64,000 nucleotides of DNA from assembly GCA_963729855.1 (NCBI GenBank), contig CAVSPT010000006.1, forward strand, positions 1,344,770 to 1,408,769. Direction: 5' to 3'. The notes under the pieces were generated by a model. It saw only the letters and a list, made by a program, of their open reading frames with translations. It was not told the DNA's origin and made no database searches. The DNA is from Candidatus Aminicenantes bacterium (GTDB lineage Bacteria; Acidobacteriota; Aminicenantia; Aminicenantales; UBA4085). This document shows positions 7,768 through 19,397 of this stretch, piece by piece. The first letter of the stretch is position 1, and the number at the start of each line of letters is the position of its first letter. Made by a program: the position numbers and the translations under genes.

Positions 7768-9951
7768 CTAAATCCTCCACCAATAAGAGAACTTCACGAA
7801 GATGTTGTAGTTGTTGCGGTCGAAGCTCCCCATGGAGTTCCGGTCGTAGTTCGAATCGTAGCCCAGGAAAAAGACCGTCCCAGGCCGCAGGACATAGCTG
7901 AAGAGAATGCTGCCGAAGACCTGCTTGTAGTACAGGTTATAATCGATGATGGCCCGCAGGGACAACGACTTGCTCAGCTGGTAGGCCGTCCGGGTATGGA
8001 CGACATTATAATCCCAGAGCTGCTCGCCGCCGCGCGTCCGCCAGAACGTGCTTTTGCTGAAATCCACCTCCAGTTGGAGACGGCTGCTGGGCTTGAAGGT
8101 CGTGCCCACGCCATAGGTGACGCCCCAGCCCCGGAAGGCATCGGCGGTGTCGTAATTGATCTCGTCGCCGATTTCGGCGAACAGCTGGATCGGCATCCAG
8201 CCGATCATGTTGCCCTGGCCCTGGAGACTGAAGACGTTTTTGCGGAAATCCTGATCGGCGTAGCGTTCCTTCCCGGAATCGAATTCGACGACGAGCTGAT
8301 TGAACTCGGTGAAGCGGAACTGGGTCTGGAATTGGAGGGACTTGTCCTGGACGAGGTCCGAGAAATAGGAATCGTGCTGCTTGGCCCGCAGTGTGAAGCG
8401 GATCTGGTTGAGAAAGGGTTTGTCGGGATAAACGGTGACGTTGGTAAAGACGCCGGCGGTGCGGTAATCGGTCCGGTTGACGAATCCCGACGAAGCCTCG
8501 AAATCCGGATGGATCGACTCCCAGTATCCGCCGAAGGTGAAATTGCGGGTGAAATAGTAGGCCTGGGCATAGACGGCCGGTGCCAGCCGTGTCTGTTCGC
8601 CGTCATAGCTGGTCTTGGAGGCCACTGCCTGGAAGCTGAAAAACAGCTTGTCGGCAAATCGCCATTGCCCGTCGATGCCCCCCACCCGGTTCCACGAGCC
8701 GCCGGCCTCTTTATCGGCCAGGCAAAACCCCAGGTACGACCCTTGGTTGAAGACGTCCGTCTTGAGGCGGACGATATTGAAGAGCGCCGTTTCGTTTCCG
8801 CCGCCGACGTTGTTGTGGACGTCCCAGACGCTCTGGCTGGGGTGCTCATCGTAAGCCGAGAGAATGCCGTAGGAAAACCCGCCCAGCTTGCCCGAGACCT
8901 TGGCCCCCCAGAGAGGGTCGGTGATCCGGCGCGTATAGACCATCTCGATATCCGGAAACTGGAAGATCTCCATGCCCTCCAAAAAGAAGGGCCGCTTCTC
9001 CTGGTAGCGCAGGGCGTAGCGGAGATTGATGTCGATCTGGGGCACGTCGGCCTCGACCTGGCTGAAGTCGGGGTTGATGGCGGCGTCGACGGTCAGGTCG
9101 GAATTGAGCCCGTATTTCAGGTTGACGCCCGGCTGGACGTCGGCTTTCTGCCCCTGTTTTTTGAGGGCGGTCAGGACCGGCATGATTTCCAAATTCTTGC
9201 CTTTTTCGACATGGCCCTTGATCATGATCGGCGCGGACTGGGCCAGCAGGCCCGGGATATCCCTGGAATAGGCCGGCCACATGTCGACTTCTCCGGTGCT
9301 CGGCATGTTGCGGGCCAGCGTCAGGCCCCAGAGCTTCTCCTCGCGGTCGGGAAAGCGCAGACTCTTGAAGGGAATGGCCATTTCCAAGGTGTAGCCGTTC
9401 GCGTCGACCCGGCCGTCGGCCTCCCAGACCGCATCCCAGCTCGGGTCCATGTTGTCATTGCCGCCTTCCTCGGTGCGGATGAAGTCCATCTGGATGCCGA
9501 TCGGGTTGACACCGAAGGTGAAGGCCCGGCGTTTCTCGTTGAAGGTATCGAGCAGGACGAGCATCCAGTCATCGTCGATGGCCCCGTCGCGGTTCGTGAC
9601 CGAGGCGCGGATCTTGCCGGCCTCCGTATCCTCGCAGCGGAAGGCTAAATATAGATTTTTTTCGTCGTAACCGATATATGCGGTCGTCTTCTGCTTGGCC
9701 GCGTCGCCCGCCTTGGGCGCGTACTGGACGAAGCCGTCGATGCGCAGGAACTCTTTTTCGTAGAGGCCCGGATCGAGCTGCCCGTCGATCTTCGGGGCCG
9801 TCGAAATCCTCGGAATGGCCAGGGGCGCCTTGGATTGGCCCCCGGCGAGAGCCATCGAGGCCGCCGCGGCCAGCGCCCCGCCCAGCAGACCCAGCCGCCT
9901 GAGGGATTTCTCCGTTTTCGTCGAGCGGACCGACTTGGTCATGACGATCAT
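7768..9951 (-). CDS. Large secreted / outer-membrane hypothetical protein (signal peptide; possible CBM9-like/DUF5916-type architecture)
   Basis: Track ORF 7768..9999. The internal ATG at 9951 precedes the signal peptide MIVMTKSV...LGLLGGALAAAASMALAGG. The 727-aa protein has an aromatic C-terminal end (FSYWWRI). Family assignment is from memory only. Confidence 0.55.
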   Translation of the reverse strand: MIVMTKSVRSTKTEKSLRRLGLLGGALAAAASMALAGGQSKAPLAIPRISTAPKIDGQLDPGLYEKEFLRIDGFVQYAPKAGDAAKQKTTAYIGYDEKNLYLAFRCEDTEAGKIRASVTNRDGAIDDDWMLVLLDTFNEKRRAFTFGVNPIGIQMDFIRTEEGGNDNMDPSWDAVWEADGRVDANGYTLEMAIPFKSLRFPDREEKLWGLTLARNMPSTGEVDMWPAYSRDIPGLLAQSAPIMIKGHVEKGKNLEIMPVLTALKKQGQKADVQPGVNLKYGLNSDLTVDAAINPDFSQVEADVPQIDINLRYALRYQEKRPFFLEGMEIFQFPDIEMVYTRRITDPLWGAKVSGKLGGFSYGILSAYDEHPSQSVWDVHNNVGGGNETALFNIVRLKTDVFNQGSYLGFCLADKEAGGSWNRVGGIDGQWRFADKLFFSFQAVASKTSYDGEQTRLAPAVYAQAYYFTRNFTFGGYWESIHPDFEASSGFVNRTDYRTAGVFTNVTVYPDKPFLNQIRFTLRAKQHDSYFSDLVQDKSLQFQTQFRFTEFNQLVVEFDSGKERYADQDFRKNVFSLQGQGNMIGWMPIQLFAEIGDEINYDTADAFRGWGVTYGVGTTFKPSSRLQLEVDFSKSTFWRTRGGEQLWDYNVVHTRTAYQLSKSLSLRAIIDYNLYYKQVFGSILFSYVLRPGTVFFLGYDSNYDRNSMGSFDRNNYNIFVKFSYWWRI

Positions 9952-10088
9952 CCTTCGGAAAAGTGAAGGCGGGGAATGCGGACATTTCGGGCGCCTCACT
10001 CTCCTAGACGGAGGCTGCGAAGAAAAGGTTCACTTCCGCCGTTTTGAAGCCCCATCCTTTTTCGGTATAATCTCCATACGAGAAACGT

Positions 10089-10778
10089 GTGCGAATCCGA
10101 CTCGTCATCAAGGAGTCCGGCATGCCGCAAAAAAAAATCCTCTACGGTTTCGGGCTGGTCATCGTCCTGGGTTCGGTTTGGGGCGTCGCCGAGGCCGGCC
10201 TCGGCCTGGCCCTCAACGCCTGCGCCAAGCCGGCCTCGGGTTCGATCATGACGGGCGTGGCCCTGTTTTTCCTCGCCGCCGCCCGCCTCCGGGCCCGCTC
10301 CGCCCGCGGTCCGCTGCTGGCCGTCGGCCTGGCCATCGGCTTCAAGCTCTTCGACGCCGCTTGGCTCGGTCTTCCTCTCCGCAGCGGGGCCGTGGCCAAC
10401 CCGATATTCGCCTTTGTGACCGAAGCCGCGGCGGCGATCATCTTCTTCGCCCTGCTGGGCCGGACCGCCGAGTCGGGTCTCCGCGGCCGAGCCCTGCTCG
10501 GGGCCGGAGCGGCGGGCCTTTCGGCGTTCGCGTTCCCCCTGGTCAAGCTGGTCACGGGCGTCCCCGCCTGCCTTGTCCCCGGTTCCGCGATTCCGCTCTC
10601 CATCGCCTTCGCCCCCGTGGCCATGGCCGCCGGGGCGCTGGCCGTGCCGCTGGCCTTCGCCTTCATGCGGCGGGCCGAGAGGTGGGCTTGGGACGACCGG
10701 TCCGGCCTGCGCATCGCCGTCCCCGCCGCGGCCACCCTCCTGGGCCTGGCCGTCGTCGCCTTGATCCGGCTGGTTTAA
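10089..10778 (+). CDS. Hydrophobic integral membrane protein, unknown function
   Basis: 229 aa with several predicted TM segments rich in Ala/Gly/Leu. An alternative start is MPQKK at 10122. Confidence 0.55.
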   Translation: MRIRLVIKESGMPQKKILYGFGLVIVLGSVWGVAEAGLGLALNACAKPASGSIMTGVALFFLAAARLRARSARGPLLAVGLAIGFKLFDAAWLGLPLRSGAVANPIFAFVTEAAAAIIFFALLGRTAESGLRGRALLGAGAAGLSAFAFPLVKLVTGVPACLVPGSAIPLSIAFAPVAMAAGALAVPLAFAFMRRAERWAWDDRSGLRIAVPAAATLLGLAVVALIRLV

Positions 10779-10809
10779 GAACATCCCGACCTTTTCTCTT
10801 CGCCAGGAG

Positions 10810-11946
10810 TTGCCCATGAACCACCGCTTCCGCATCGCCGCACTCGTCATCCTGATCGCGGCCGCGGGGACAGGCCTGCTGCCGGCCCAGACCCCGGCCC
10901 GGTTCTTCGACACGGCCGAGGCCCCCGCTGGCAAGGTCCGTCTGACCGTGTTCTTCCCCTCCGTGGGCACGCTCAAAGCCCTGCTGGCCCTCAGGGAACA
11001 GGGCCTCATCCCCGTTTCCAACTTGGAAATCGTCGGGGTCCATCACCGGAAGGAAAAAACCAATTACGCCGAATCCGAAAATTTCGTCCGGGACAATAAG
11101 CTCGATTGGATCAAGTTCCACACCGTCTCCGCCGATCTGGGCCCGGAGACGATCTTCAAAAAAAATGCGGCTTCGGCCGAACTGGAAACGATCTTCAGCC
11201 TGTCGAGCGGCGTGATCTTCTTCGGCGGCCCGGACATCGTCCCCTCTCTCTACGGAGAAAAGACGGGGTTGCTGACGGTCATCGAGGACCCCTGGCGTCA
11301 CTATCTCGAGCTGGCCGCCGTTTTCCATCTTTTGGGCGGTTTCCAGGATCCTGCGTTCAAAGGATACCTGGAGAAACGGCCGGACTTTTCCGTCCTGGGC
11401 ATCTGCCTGGGAATGCAGACCCTCAACGTCGGGACGGGCGGCACCTTGATCCAGGACATTTGGACGGAAACCTACCATGTGAAGACGTTCGAGGACGCCG
11501 TCGCCCTGGGCCAGGCCGCCTGGCACACCAATCCCTACCGCAAGATCGCGGTCCTCGAAAAGAACCTGCTGCCTTACATGCTCCACCCCGTCCGCTTCGC
11601 CGAAACGAGCCGGATCGGGGCCGCCCTCGGGCTCAAAGCCGCCGACCGGCCCTTCGTCATGAGCGCCCACCACCAGGCCGCCGGACGGATCGGCAAGGGC
11701 TTCAAGGTCGCCGCCACGTCCGTCGACGGGAAGGTCGTCGAAGCCATCGAACACGAAAAATACCCCCACGTCCTCGGCCTGCAGTTCCACCCCGAATTCC
11801 CGATGCTCTGGGAGACCGAGGCCCGTTTTAAGATCGCGCCCGGGGACAAGGACCTCTTCGGCTGCCGGACTTACCTGGAGGCCCATCCGCCGAGTTTCGA
11901 ATTCCATAAAAAACTCTGGGCCTGGTTCTTCGCCTCGCTTCATTGA
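10810..11946 (+). CDS. Secreted class-I glutamine amidotransferase-like / peptidase C26 (gamma-glutamyl hydrolase, PuuD-like) family protein
   Basis: Signal peptide MNHRFRIAALVILIAAAGTGLLPAQ. Triad motifs are GICLGMQ (Cys), SAHHQ and LQFHPEF. Confidence 0.7.
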   Translation: MPMNHRFRIAALVILIAAAGTGLLPAQTPARFFDTAEAPAGKVRLTVFFPSVGTLKALLALREQGLIPVSNLEIVGVHHRKEKTNYAESENFVRDNKLDWIKFHTVSADLGPETIFKKNAASAELETIFSLSSGVIFFGGPDIVPSLYGEKTGLLTVIEDPWRHYLELAAVFHLLGGFQDPAFKGYLEKRPDFSVLGICLGMQTLNVGTGGTLIQDIWTETYHVKTFEDAVALGQAAWHTNPYRKIAVLEKNLLPYMLHPVRFAETSRIGAALGLKAADRPFVMSAHHQAAGRIGKGFKVAATSVDGKVVEAIEHEKYPHVLGLQFHPEFPMLWETEARFKIAPGDKDLFGCRTYLEAHPPSFEFHKKLWAWFFASLH

Positions 11947-11991
11947 CACACGGGCCAGCGGAAAATATGATGGCGGCGGAGGAATCGATTC

Positions 11992-12375
11992 ATGCCGAAA
12001 GATAAAGCGTACGAGGGCGACGCGGCGGGCGTGCCGACCGTCATAGGCGAAGATGCCGTTTTGGAAGGGACCCTGCGCTCGACGGCCCCTCTTCACATCA
12101 GCGGAACGTTCAAGGGCAAGATCATCGCCGAAGGCGAGCTCGTCATCGCGGCCACCGGACGGGTCGAGGCCAAAGTCAAGGCCCGCCGGGCCGTCGTGGC
12201 CGGCAGCTTCGCCGGCGACATGATCGTGCTGGAGGCTATCGAAATCGCGCCCACCTGCCGTTTTTTAGGAACGCTCATCCAGAAGGAACCCGGCCTGAGC
12301 GTGGCCAAGGGCGGGCGCTTCGAAGGCCGGAGCGTCTATGTCGACGATCTCGACAAAGCCGTCGCCGAGTGGTGA
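11992..12375 (+). CDS. Bactofilin (DUF583) family cytoskeletal protein
   Basis: Bactofilin beta-helical repeats: GEDAVLEGTLRSTAPLHISGTFKGKIIAEGELVIAATGRVEAKVKARRAVVAGSFAGDM. Confidence 0.8.
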   Translation: MPKDKAYEGDAAGVPTVIGEDAVLEGTLRSTAPLHISGTFKGKIIAEGELVIAATGRVEAKVKARRAVVAGSFAGDMIVLEAIEIAPTCRFLGTLIQKEPGLSVAKGGRFEGRSVYVDDLDKAVAEW

Positions 12376-12907
12376 GGAGAAGGCCGTGCGCTCGTCTCGG
12401 GGACCCGTGAAGGACGACACGACCGATTCAGACGAGCGCCGCAACCCGCATTCGCTGGCGGTCATCAGCGACGGCGCCGTTTTGAACGGAGTCCTGCGTT
12501 CGACGGCCTCCATCCGCTTGAGCGGATCGTTCAAGGGGACCATCATCGCCGACCATGAACTCGTCATCGCCCCGGAGGGCCGGGTCGAGGCCCGGGTCAA
12601 GGCCCGCCGGGCCGTCATCGCCGGCGTCTTTCAGGGAGATCTGGTCGTTTCGGAGGAACTGGAAATCACCCCGACCGGGCGGTTTATCGGGACGCTGTTC
12701 CAGAAAGAACCTGTCCTTCGCGTCGGCCGCGGAGGACGTTTCGAAGCTCAAAGCATCTTCGCCGATGATCTCGAGGCGATCGTTGCCAGATGGACGGCGC
12801 CCTCGCCGCCGCCCGACGTTTCGTCCCCGCCGGACGAGCGATTGGGAAAAGTCCATCGCCCGCGGCGAAATCAGGCGCCCGACGGCGGAACGACCGGGAC
12901 AGAGTGA
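12338..12907 (+). CDS. Second bactofilin paralog with a Pro-rich C-terminal tail (likely true start GTG at 12385, preceded by ggagaagg)
   Basis: DGAVLNGVLRSTASIRLSGSFKGTIIADHELVIAPEGRVEARVKARRAVIAGVFQGDL, followed by ...PSPPPDVSSPPDE. Confidence 0.75.
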   Translation: MSTISTKPSPSGEEKAVRSSRGPVKDDTTDSDERRNPHSLAVISDGAVLNGVLRSTASIRLSGSFKGTIIADHELVIAPEGRVEARVKARRAVIAGVFQGDLVVSEELEITPTGRFIGTLFQKEPVLRVGRGGRFEAQSIFADDLEAIVARWTAPSPPPDVSSPPDERLGKVHRPRRNQAPDGGTTGTE

Positions 12908-12955
12908 CCGTCCGGATTTTTTGACTCCGGCGGATCTCCTGAGAAGGGCGCTCCC

Positions 12956-14083
12956 GTGTATTTTCTGAACGAAATGCTTCTGACGATGCCGCTCGTCGTC
13001 TACACCGGGCTCCGGATGGGCGCCTTCATCCGCGGAAAAAGCGGAAGGGTCGTCTTCGCGGTCTTCTACCTTCTCCTCGTTGCCGCCTTTCCATCGGCCG
13101 AAAGGCTGGCCCATGGAAACGGGCCGGGTTGGACGACGGACCTGATCACGGCGGGCTATGACGCCCTCCCCTACCTGATGTATCTCGTCATGACGGTCGT
13201 CCTGACCGATCTCCTCCTCGGGCTCTTCCGCCTCCTGGGAATTCCGGCCCCCGGGACGCTCCGACGGCCGCGCATCCGGGCGATCCGGTTTTGGGGGATG
13301 CTCCTGGTTCCGGCTCTCATCGTCGCGGCGGGGATTCTGAACTTCAACCATCTTTCAATCAGCCGCTACGCGATCGAAGTCCCGCGCCGCTCCTCGACCT
13401 CCGAGCGCGTGCGCATCGTCTTCGCCTCGGATTTCCATCTGGGCGCGGCGACGTCGCCCCGCTTTCTGCCCCGGTTCGTCGCGACGGTCAACGCCCTGGA
13501 GCCGGACCTCATCCTGATCGGCGGCGACGTGCTCGAGGCCGATCGAAGAGACGAGGGATCGGATATTTTCGCCGCCCAGTTCCGGCGCCTGCGGGCCCGC
13601 TACGGAGTTTTCGGCGTTCCCGGCAATCACGAAGGATTCGGCGGCGCGGGCCGGTATGGATTTTTCGCCCAATCCGGAATCGTCCTGCTGCGGGACGAAG
13701 TCCGCGAGATCGGCGGAGTCGCCTATCTGGCAGGCCGCGACGATCAGGGGGACCGTCGATCTGGTCCTCCCTCGCGGAAGACGGTGGCCGCGCTCCTGGC
13801 CGCAATACCCCGCGATCTTCCGGTCATCCTGATCGACCACCGTCCGACCGATCTTCCGTCCGCTTCCGCCGCGGGCGTCGACGTCCAATTTTCCGGCCAC
13901 ACCCACGACGGCCAGCTCTTCCCCGTCAACATCATCACGGCCCTCCAGTATGAATTGAGCTGGGGATACAAAAAGAAGGGCCCGACCCACATTTTCGTCA
14001 GCTGCGGCGTCCAGTTCTGGGGTCCACGGGTGCGGACGGCGGGGGTTTCCGAGATCATGCTCGTCGATGTCGCCTTTCGCTGA
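12956..14083 (+). CDS. Membrane-anchored calcineurin-like metallophosphoesterase
   Basis: N-terminal TM helices, then phosphoesterase motifs: IVFASDFHLG, GGDVLE, GVPGNHE, FSGHTHDGQ. Confidence 0.75.
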   Translation: MYFLNEMLLTMPLVVYTGLRMGAFIRGKSGRVVFAVFYLLLVAAFPSAERLAHGNGPGWTTDLITAGYDALPYLMYLVMTVVLTDLLLGLFRLLGIPAPGTLRRPRIRAIRFWGMLLVPALIVAAGILNFNHLSISRYAIEVPRRSSTSERVRIVFASDFHLGAATSPRFLPRFVATVNALEPDLILIGGDVLEADRRDEGSDIFAAQFRRLRARYGVFGVPGNHEGFGGAGRYGFFAQSGIVLLRDEVREIGGVAYLAGRDDQGDRRSGPPSRKTVAALLAAIPRDLPVILIDHRPTDLPSASAAGVDVQFSGHTHDGQLFPVNIITALQYELSWGYKKKGPTHIFVSCGVQFWGPRVRTAGVSEIMLVDVAFR

Positions 14084-14086
14084 GGA

Positions 14087-14578
14087 TCACGCGCGGGGAC
14101 CGAAATTCTTTAAGATCGCGCCGATGATGTTGGTGCTGGAGCGTCCCGGGAGATAGGCCACCCGGACGACCTTGCCTCCCGCCCCCTCGACCTCGGCACG
14201 ACCGACGATTTCATCGGCGCCCCAGTCGCCGCCCTTGACCAGCACGTCCGGCAGCAATGCGGCGATCGTCTTTTGAGGGGTGTCCTGGGAGAACGATGTC
14301 AGGTAGTCGATGGACTCGAGCGCGGAGAGGACCTCGAAACGTTCGGACAGCGGGAAAATCGGGCGCGCGGGGCCCTTGAGCCGGCGGATCGATGCGTCGC
14401 TGTTGAGGGCCACGATGAGGACGTCGCCCAGGGCCTTGGCCTCGCGGAAAAGATGGATATGCCCGCCGTGGAGGAGATCGAAGCAGCCGTTGGTGAAGAC
14501 GACGGTCTTCCCCTGGCGCCGCAGGCGGGCCCGGATCCTGACGAGCTCCGGGAGAGTCCGGACCTTCGAACGGACCAT
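14087..14578 (-). CDS. D-glycero-beta-D-manno-heptose-1-phosphate adenylyltransferase (stand-alone RfaE domain II / HldC-type cytidylyltransferase)
   Basis: [42 protein letters not shown]. The protein is 163 aa. Confidence 0.8.
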   Translation of the reverse strand: MVRSKVRTLPELVRIRARLRRQGKTVVFTNGCFDLLHGGHIHLFREAKALGDVLIVALNSDASIRRLKGPARPIFPLSERFEVLSALESIDYLTSFSQDTPQKTIAALLPDVLVKGGDWGADEIVGRAEVEGAGGKVVRVAYLPGRSSTNIIGAILKNFGPRA

Positions 14579-14580
14579 CC

Positions 14581-15855
14581 CTATTTCTCCGAAGCCTTGA
14601 TCCCGATATTCGGGCCGAACGCCCAGCGATGGAGCAGGCGCGAGACGCCCTCGTCCCGCTTGGTCGAGGAGACTAGGAACGAATAGAGGCTCTTGTGATA
14701 ATCGAAGGGGTATCCGTCGCGCTTGTGGACGGCCACGTCCAGGTAATACGTCCCGTTGATGAGCCCGAGCTTATCAATCCGGCAGACGACCTGGCCCTGG
14801 CCCTGGATCGATTCGGGGACGAGCTCCTCCAGATCGGTGTTCGTGCCGTAGCAGAGCGTCCCCAGGGAGTTGAAGACGCCGATGCCGAAGACGAAGTCCT
14901 TTTGCGGCTCCCGGGCGGCCACGTCCATCTCGATGACCATCCCCTCGTCGGGAGAGAAGACATGCTTCTCCTCGCCGCCGGTCCCGCGCAGCACGACCTT
15001 GCGGATCTCGATCTCGCGCTTCCCCCAGCGCTGCTCCCGGCCGCCGTCGACGGCGGCGGCGGGGGCCGCCGCGGCGGCGTCTTTCTTCCCCAGGAAGTCC
15101 TCTTCCTGCTTCTCGGCCACGTCCTGGAGATAGGCGTCGACGACGCGCTTGGGTTCGCCCAGCATCCGCAGCCGGCCGTCCTTCAGCCAGGCGACCGTGT
15201 CGCAGATCTTCCCGACCATGGCCAGGTCGTGGCTGACGAAGAGGATGGTCTTCTTGCGGCGCCGGAAATCGTCGATGCGGTCGAGGCACTTGGGGATGAA
15301 GGCGGCGTCGCCCACGGCCAAGATCTCGTCGACCAGCAGCACGTCGGGATTGACGTTGATGGCGATGGAGAAGCCCAGACGCATGAACATGCCCGAGGAG
15401 TAGGTCTTGACCGGGGCGTCGATGAACCCCTCGAGGCCGGCGAAACGGACGATCTCGTCGAACTTGGAGGTGATCTCTTTTTTGCTCAACCCGAGCATGA
15501 TGCCGTTGATGAAGACGTTTTCCCGGCCGCTGATCTCGGGATGGAAGCCCGCGCCCAGCTCGATGAGGGCCGAGATCTTGCCCCGGACGGAGACCGTCCC
15601 CGCCGTCGGCTTGGCGATGCCGGCGATGAGCTTGAGCAGCGTGCTCTTGCCCGAGCCGTTGCGGCCGATCAGGCCGAGCGTCGTGCCTTCTTCGACCTGC
15701 AGGGTGACGTCCTCCACGGCGGAGACGAGCTCGTCGGCCTTGATCGAGCGGAACAGGTCGCCCCGGACGATGGCGCTCTTGAACGTCTGGAAGCGGTGCC
15801 GCGCGGAATATTTCTGATAAACGCGCGAAACATGGCCGAGCTCGATGGCGTACAC
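14581..15855 (-). CDS. wzt: Polysaccharide/O-antigen ABC transporter ATP-binding protein (Wzt-like, with a C-terminal substrate-binding extension)
   Basis: Walker [10 protein letters not shown], signature [11 protein letters not shown], Walker B LLVDE. A roughly 170-aa C-terminal extension is present. Confidence 0.8.
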   Translation of the reverse strand: MYAIELGHVSRVYQKYSARHRFQTFKSAIVRGDLFRSIKADELVSAVEDVTLQVEEGTTLGLIGRNGSGKSTLLKLIAGIAKPTAGTVSVRGKISALIELGAGFHPEISGRENVFINGIMLGLSKKEITSKFDEIVRFAGLEGFIDAPVKTYSSGMFMRLGFSIAINVNPDVLLVDEILAVGDAAFIPKCLDRIDDFRRRKKTILFVSHDLAMVGKICDTVAWLKDGRLRMLGEPKRVVDAYLQDVAEKQEEDFLGKKDAAAAAPAAAVDGGREQRWGKREIEIRKVVLRGTGGEEKHVFSPDEGMVIEMDVAAREPQKDFVFGIGVFNSLGTLCYGTNTDLEELVPESIQGQGQVVCRIDKLGLINGTYYLDVAVHKRDGYPFDYHKSLYSFLVSSTKRDEGVSRLLHRWAFGPNIGIKASEK

Positions 15856-16755
15856 CTAGACTTCCTCCGGGAACGAATCGCGCAGGCGGTCGAAGACGGC
15901 ATAGCCGATGACGAAGAAAACCAGGGACACCAGGAAGGTGATGCCCAGCTTTTTCCAATGGATGAGCTCGCCGTAATAAAGGGCGCTGTGATAGCCCTCG
16001 ATGATGTGGGTCATGGGATTGAGGTTGAGCAGGGTCCGCAGGGCCGGCGAGTTTTGGATCTGGGGCAAATTCATGGAATAGATGACCGGGGTGGAGAAGA
16101 ACCACAGCGTCATCAGGTTGCCCAGGATGTCGCGGATATCCCGGAAATGGACGGTCAGGGCGGAAATCAGCAGGCTGAAGCCCAGGCAATAAACGTACTG
16201 GACGAAGATGACGATGGGCAGGAAGAGCATATACAGGGAAAAATGCCAGCCAAATAAGGGAATGAGGATGAACAGGATGGGCAGGCCGAACAGGAAATGG
16301 ACCAGGTTGGCCGTCACGGTGACGACCGGCAGGACTTCGGCCGGGAAGAGGATCTTCTTGAGCAGGTTGCCGTTGGTCATGAGCACGGTCGACGATTCCA
16401 GGGTCGACGCGACGAACCACTGCCAAGGCAGAAGGCCGGTAAAAAGATAAAGCGCGTAGACGAGCGGCTTGCCCATGAAGTTGGCGTCGCGCGGCTGCAG
16501 GATCAGGCCGAAGACCGCCGTGTAGACGACCATCAGCAGGAAAGGATTGAAAAACGACCAGAAAAAGCCCAAAACGGTGCCGCGGTAGCGGGCCTTCAGC
16601 TCCCGTCCGACCAGGCTCTGGATAAGGACGCGGTAGCGGAAGAGCTGGCGGAGATTGGCGATGAGCCGTGACACGAGGCTTTCCTTTAGAGACGAGCCCG
16701 GTTCCGGGCCCGGAGCGTCTCGGATAGGACTTGCATAACCGCTAAAATATCGCAT
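15856..16755 (-). CDS. wzm: ABC-2 type polysaccharide exporter permease (Wzm-like); likely true start GTG at 16674 (RBS aaggaaag)
   Basis: ...RYRVLIQSLVGRELKARYRGTVLGFFWSFFNPFLLMVVYTAVF, the ABC-2 signature, followed by 6 TM segments. Confidence 0.8.
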   Translation of the reverse strand: MRYFSGYASPIRDAPGPEPGSSLKESLVSRLIANLRQLFRYRVLIQSLVGRELKARYRGTVLGFFWSFFNPFLLMVVYTAVFGLILQPRDANFMGKPLVYALYLFTGLLPWQWFVASTLESSTVLMTNGNLLKKILFPAEVLPVVTVTANLVHFLFGLPILFILIPLFGWHFSLYMLFLPIVIFVQYVYCLGFSLLISALTVHFRDIRDILGNLMTLWFFSTPVIYSMNLPQIQNSPALRTLLNLNPMTHIIEGYHSALYYGELIHWKKLGITFLVSLVFFVIGYAVFDRLRDSFPEEV

Positions 16756-16881
16756 GTTGGGGCCGGTTTTGCAATCGGTTTCTCGATTGCGGGTCGGCCT
16801 GATGGAGCTCGTCGAAAGGCCGAGGATTCAGGATGGGACCGGAAAATTCCGGCTACACAAGCCCTTATCAGGAGAAAAGGG

Positions 16882-17655
16882 CTAAGGTCGAACGCGATTT
16901 CGGGTGTGTCCGCCGGTCCGGGGCCGCCCCTCGTAAATACGGCGGGCTTCGGCGGTGTCGGCGCCGGCGGCGGTCTTCAGCGTCAACGCCCTCAGGGGGC
17001 GTTCGCGAACCGGGCCGAAGCCCAGCCGGACCAGCATGAACGCCGGCGGACCGCCCGGACGGTGCCGGACGAGGCGGCTTTCGCGGACCCCCAGCCCCAG
17101 GGCCGCGGCGGCCGCCCGGAGCTCATCGGCGCGGGCGGCCGGATAGATGAAATAGCCCGTTCCCTCGGCTTTCATGAGCCGGGAAGCGGCACGCATCACC
17201 TCGGGGAGATCGCAGGCCAGCTCGTGTTTGGCAAGGGATTTCTCGCCGGAAGGGCTCAGGCATCCGGTCCGGATTTTGATGTACGGCGGGTTGGAGAAAA
17301 CGATATCGAAACGCCGGCCCGGGCGGTAGGAGCGGAAATCCGTCCGGACGACCTCGACCCGGTCCCAGAGGCCGTTCAGGGCGATATTGCGGCGGGCCAG
17401 GGCGGCCAGGCCGGATTGGATTTCCAGGGCGATCAATTTCCGGAACGGCCTGGCACCGAGCAGGAGCGGGATGATCCCGTTTCCCGTTCCCAATTCCAGG
17501 ACCTCATCCCTGGCCTCGATCTCGATGAAATCGGCCAGGAGGGGGGCGTCCAGGGCGAAACGGTAGCCCCTCCGGGATTGGATGACGCGGACCCGCCCGC
17601 GATAGAATTCATCGATCGTTTCATCCGTTCCGAGCGGCATTCCTCTTTTGGCCAT
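16882..17655 (-). CDS. tRNA1(Val) (adenine37-N6)-methyltransferase-like / methyltransferase small domain protein
   Basis: VLELGTGNGIIPLLL and the NPPY motif (DIVFSNPPYIK), both hallmarks of N6-adenine methyltransferases. Confidence 0.7.
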   Translation of the reverse strand: MAKRGMPLGTDETIDEFYRGRVRVIQSRRGYRFALDAPLLADFIEIEARDEVLELGTGNGIIPLLLGARPFRKLIALEIQSGLAALARRNIALNGLWDRVEVVRTDFRSYRPGRRFDIVFSNPPYIKIRTGCLSPSGEKSLAKHELACDLPEVMRAASRLMKAEGTGYFIYPAARADELRAAAAALGLGVRESRLVRHRPGGPPAFMLVRLGFGPVRERPLRALTLKTAAGADTAEARRIYEGRPRTGGHTRNRVRP

Positions 17656-17679
17656 GGGGCGAACGGCGGGCCGGCGGCC

Positions 17680-19397
<1,718 letters not shown>

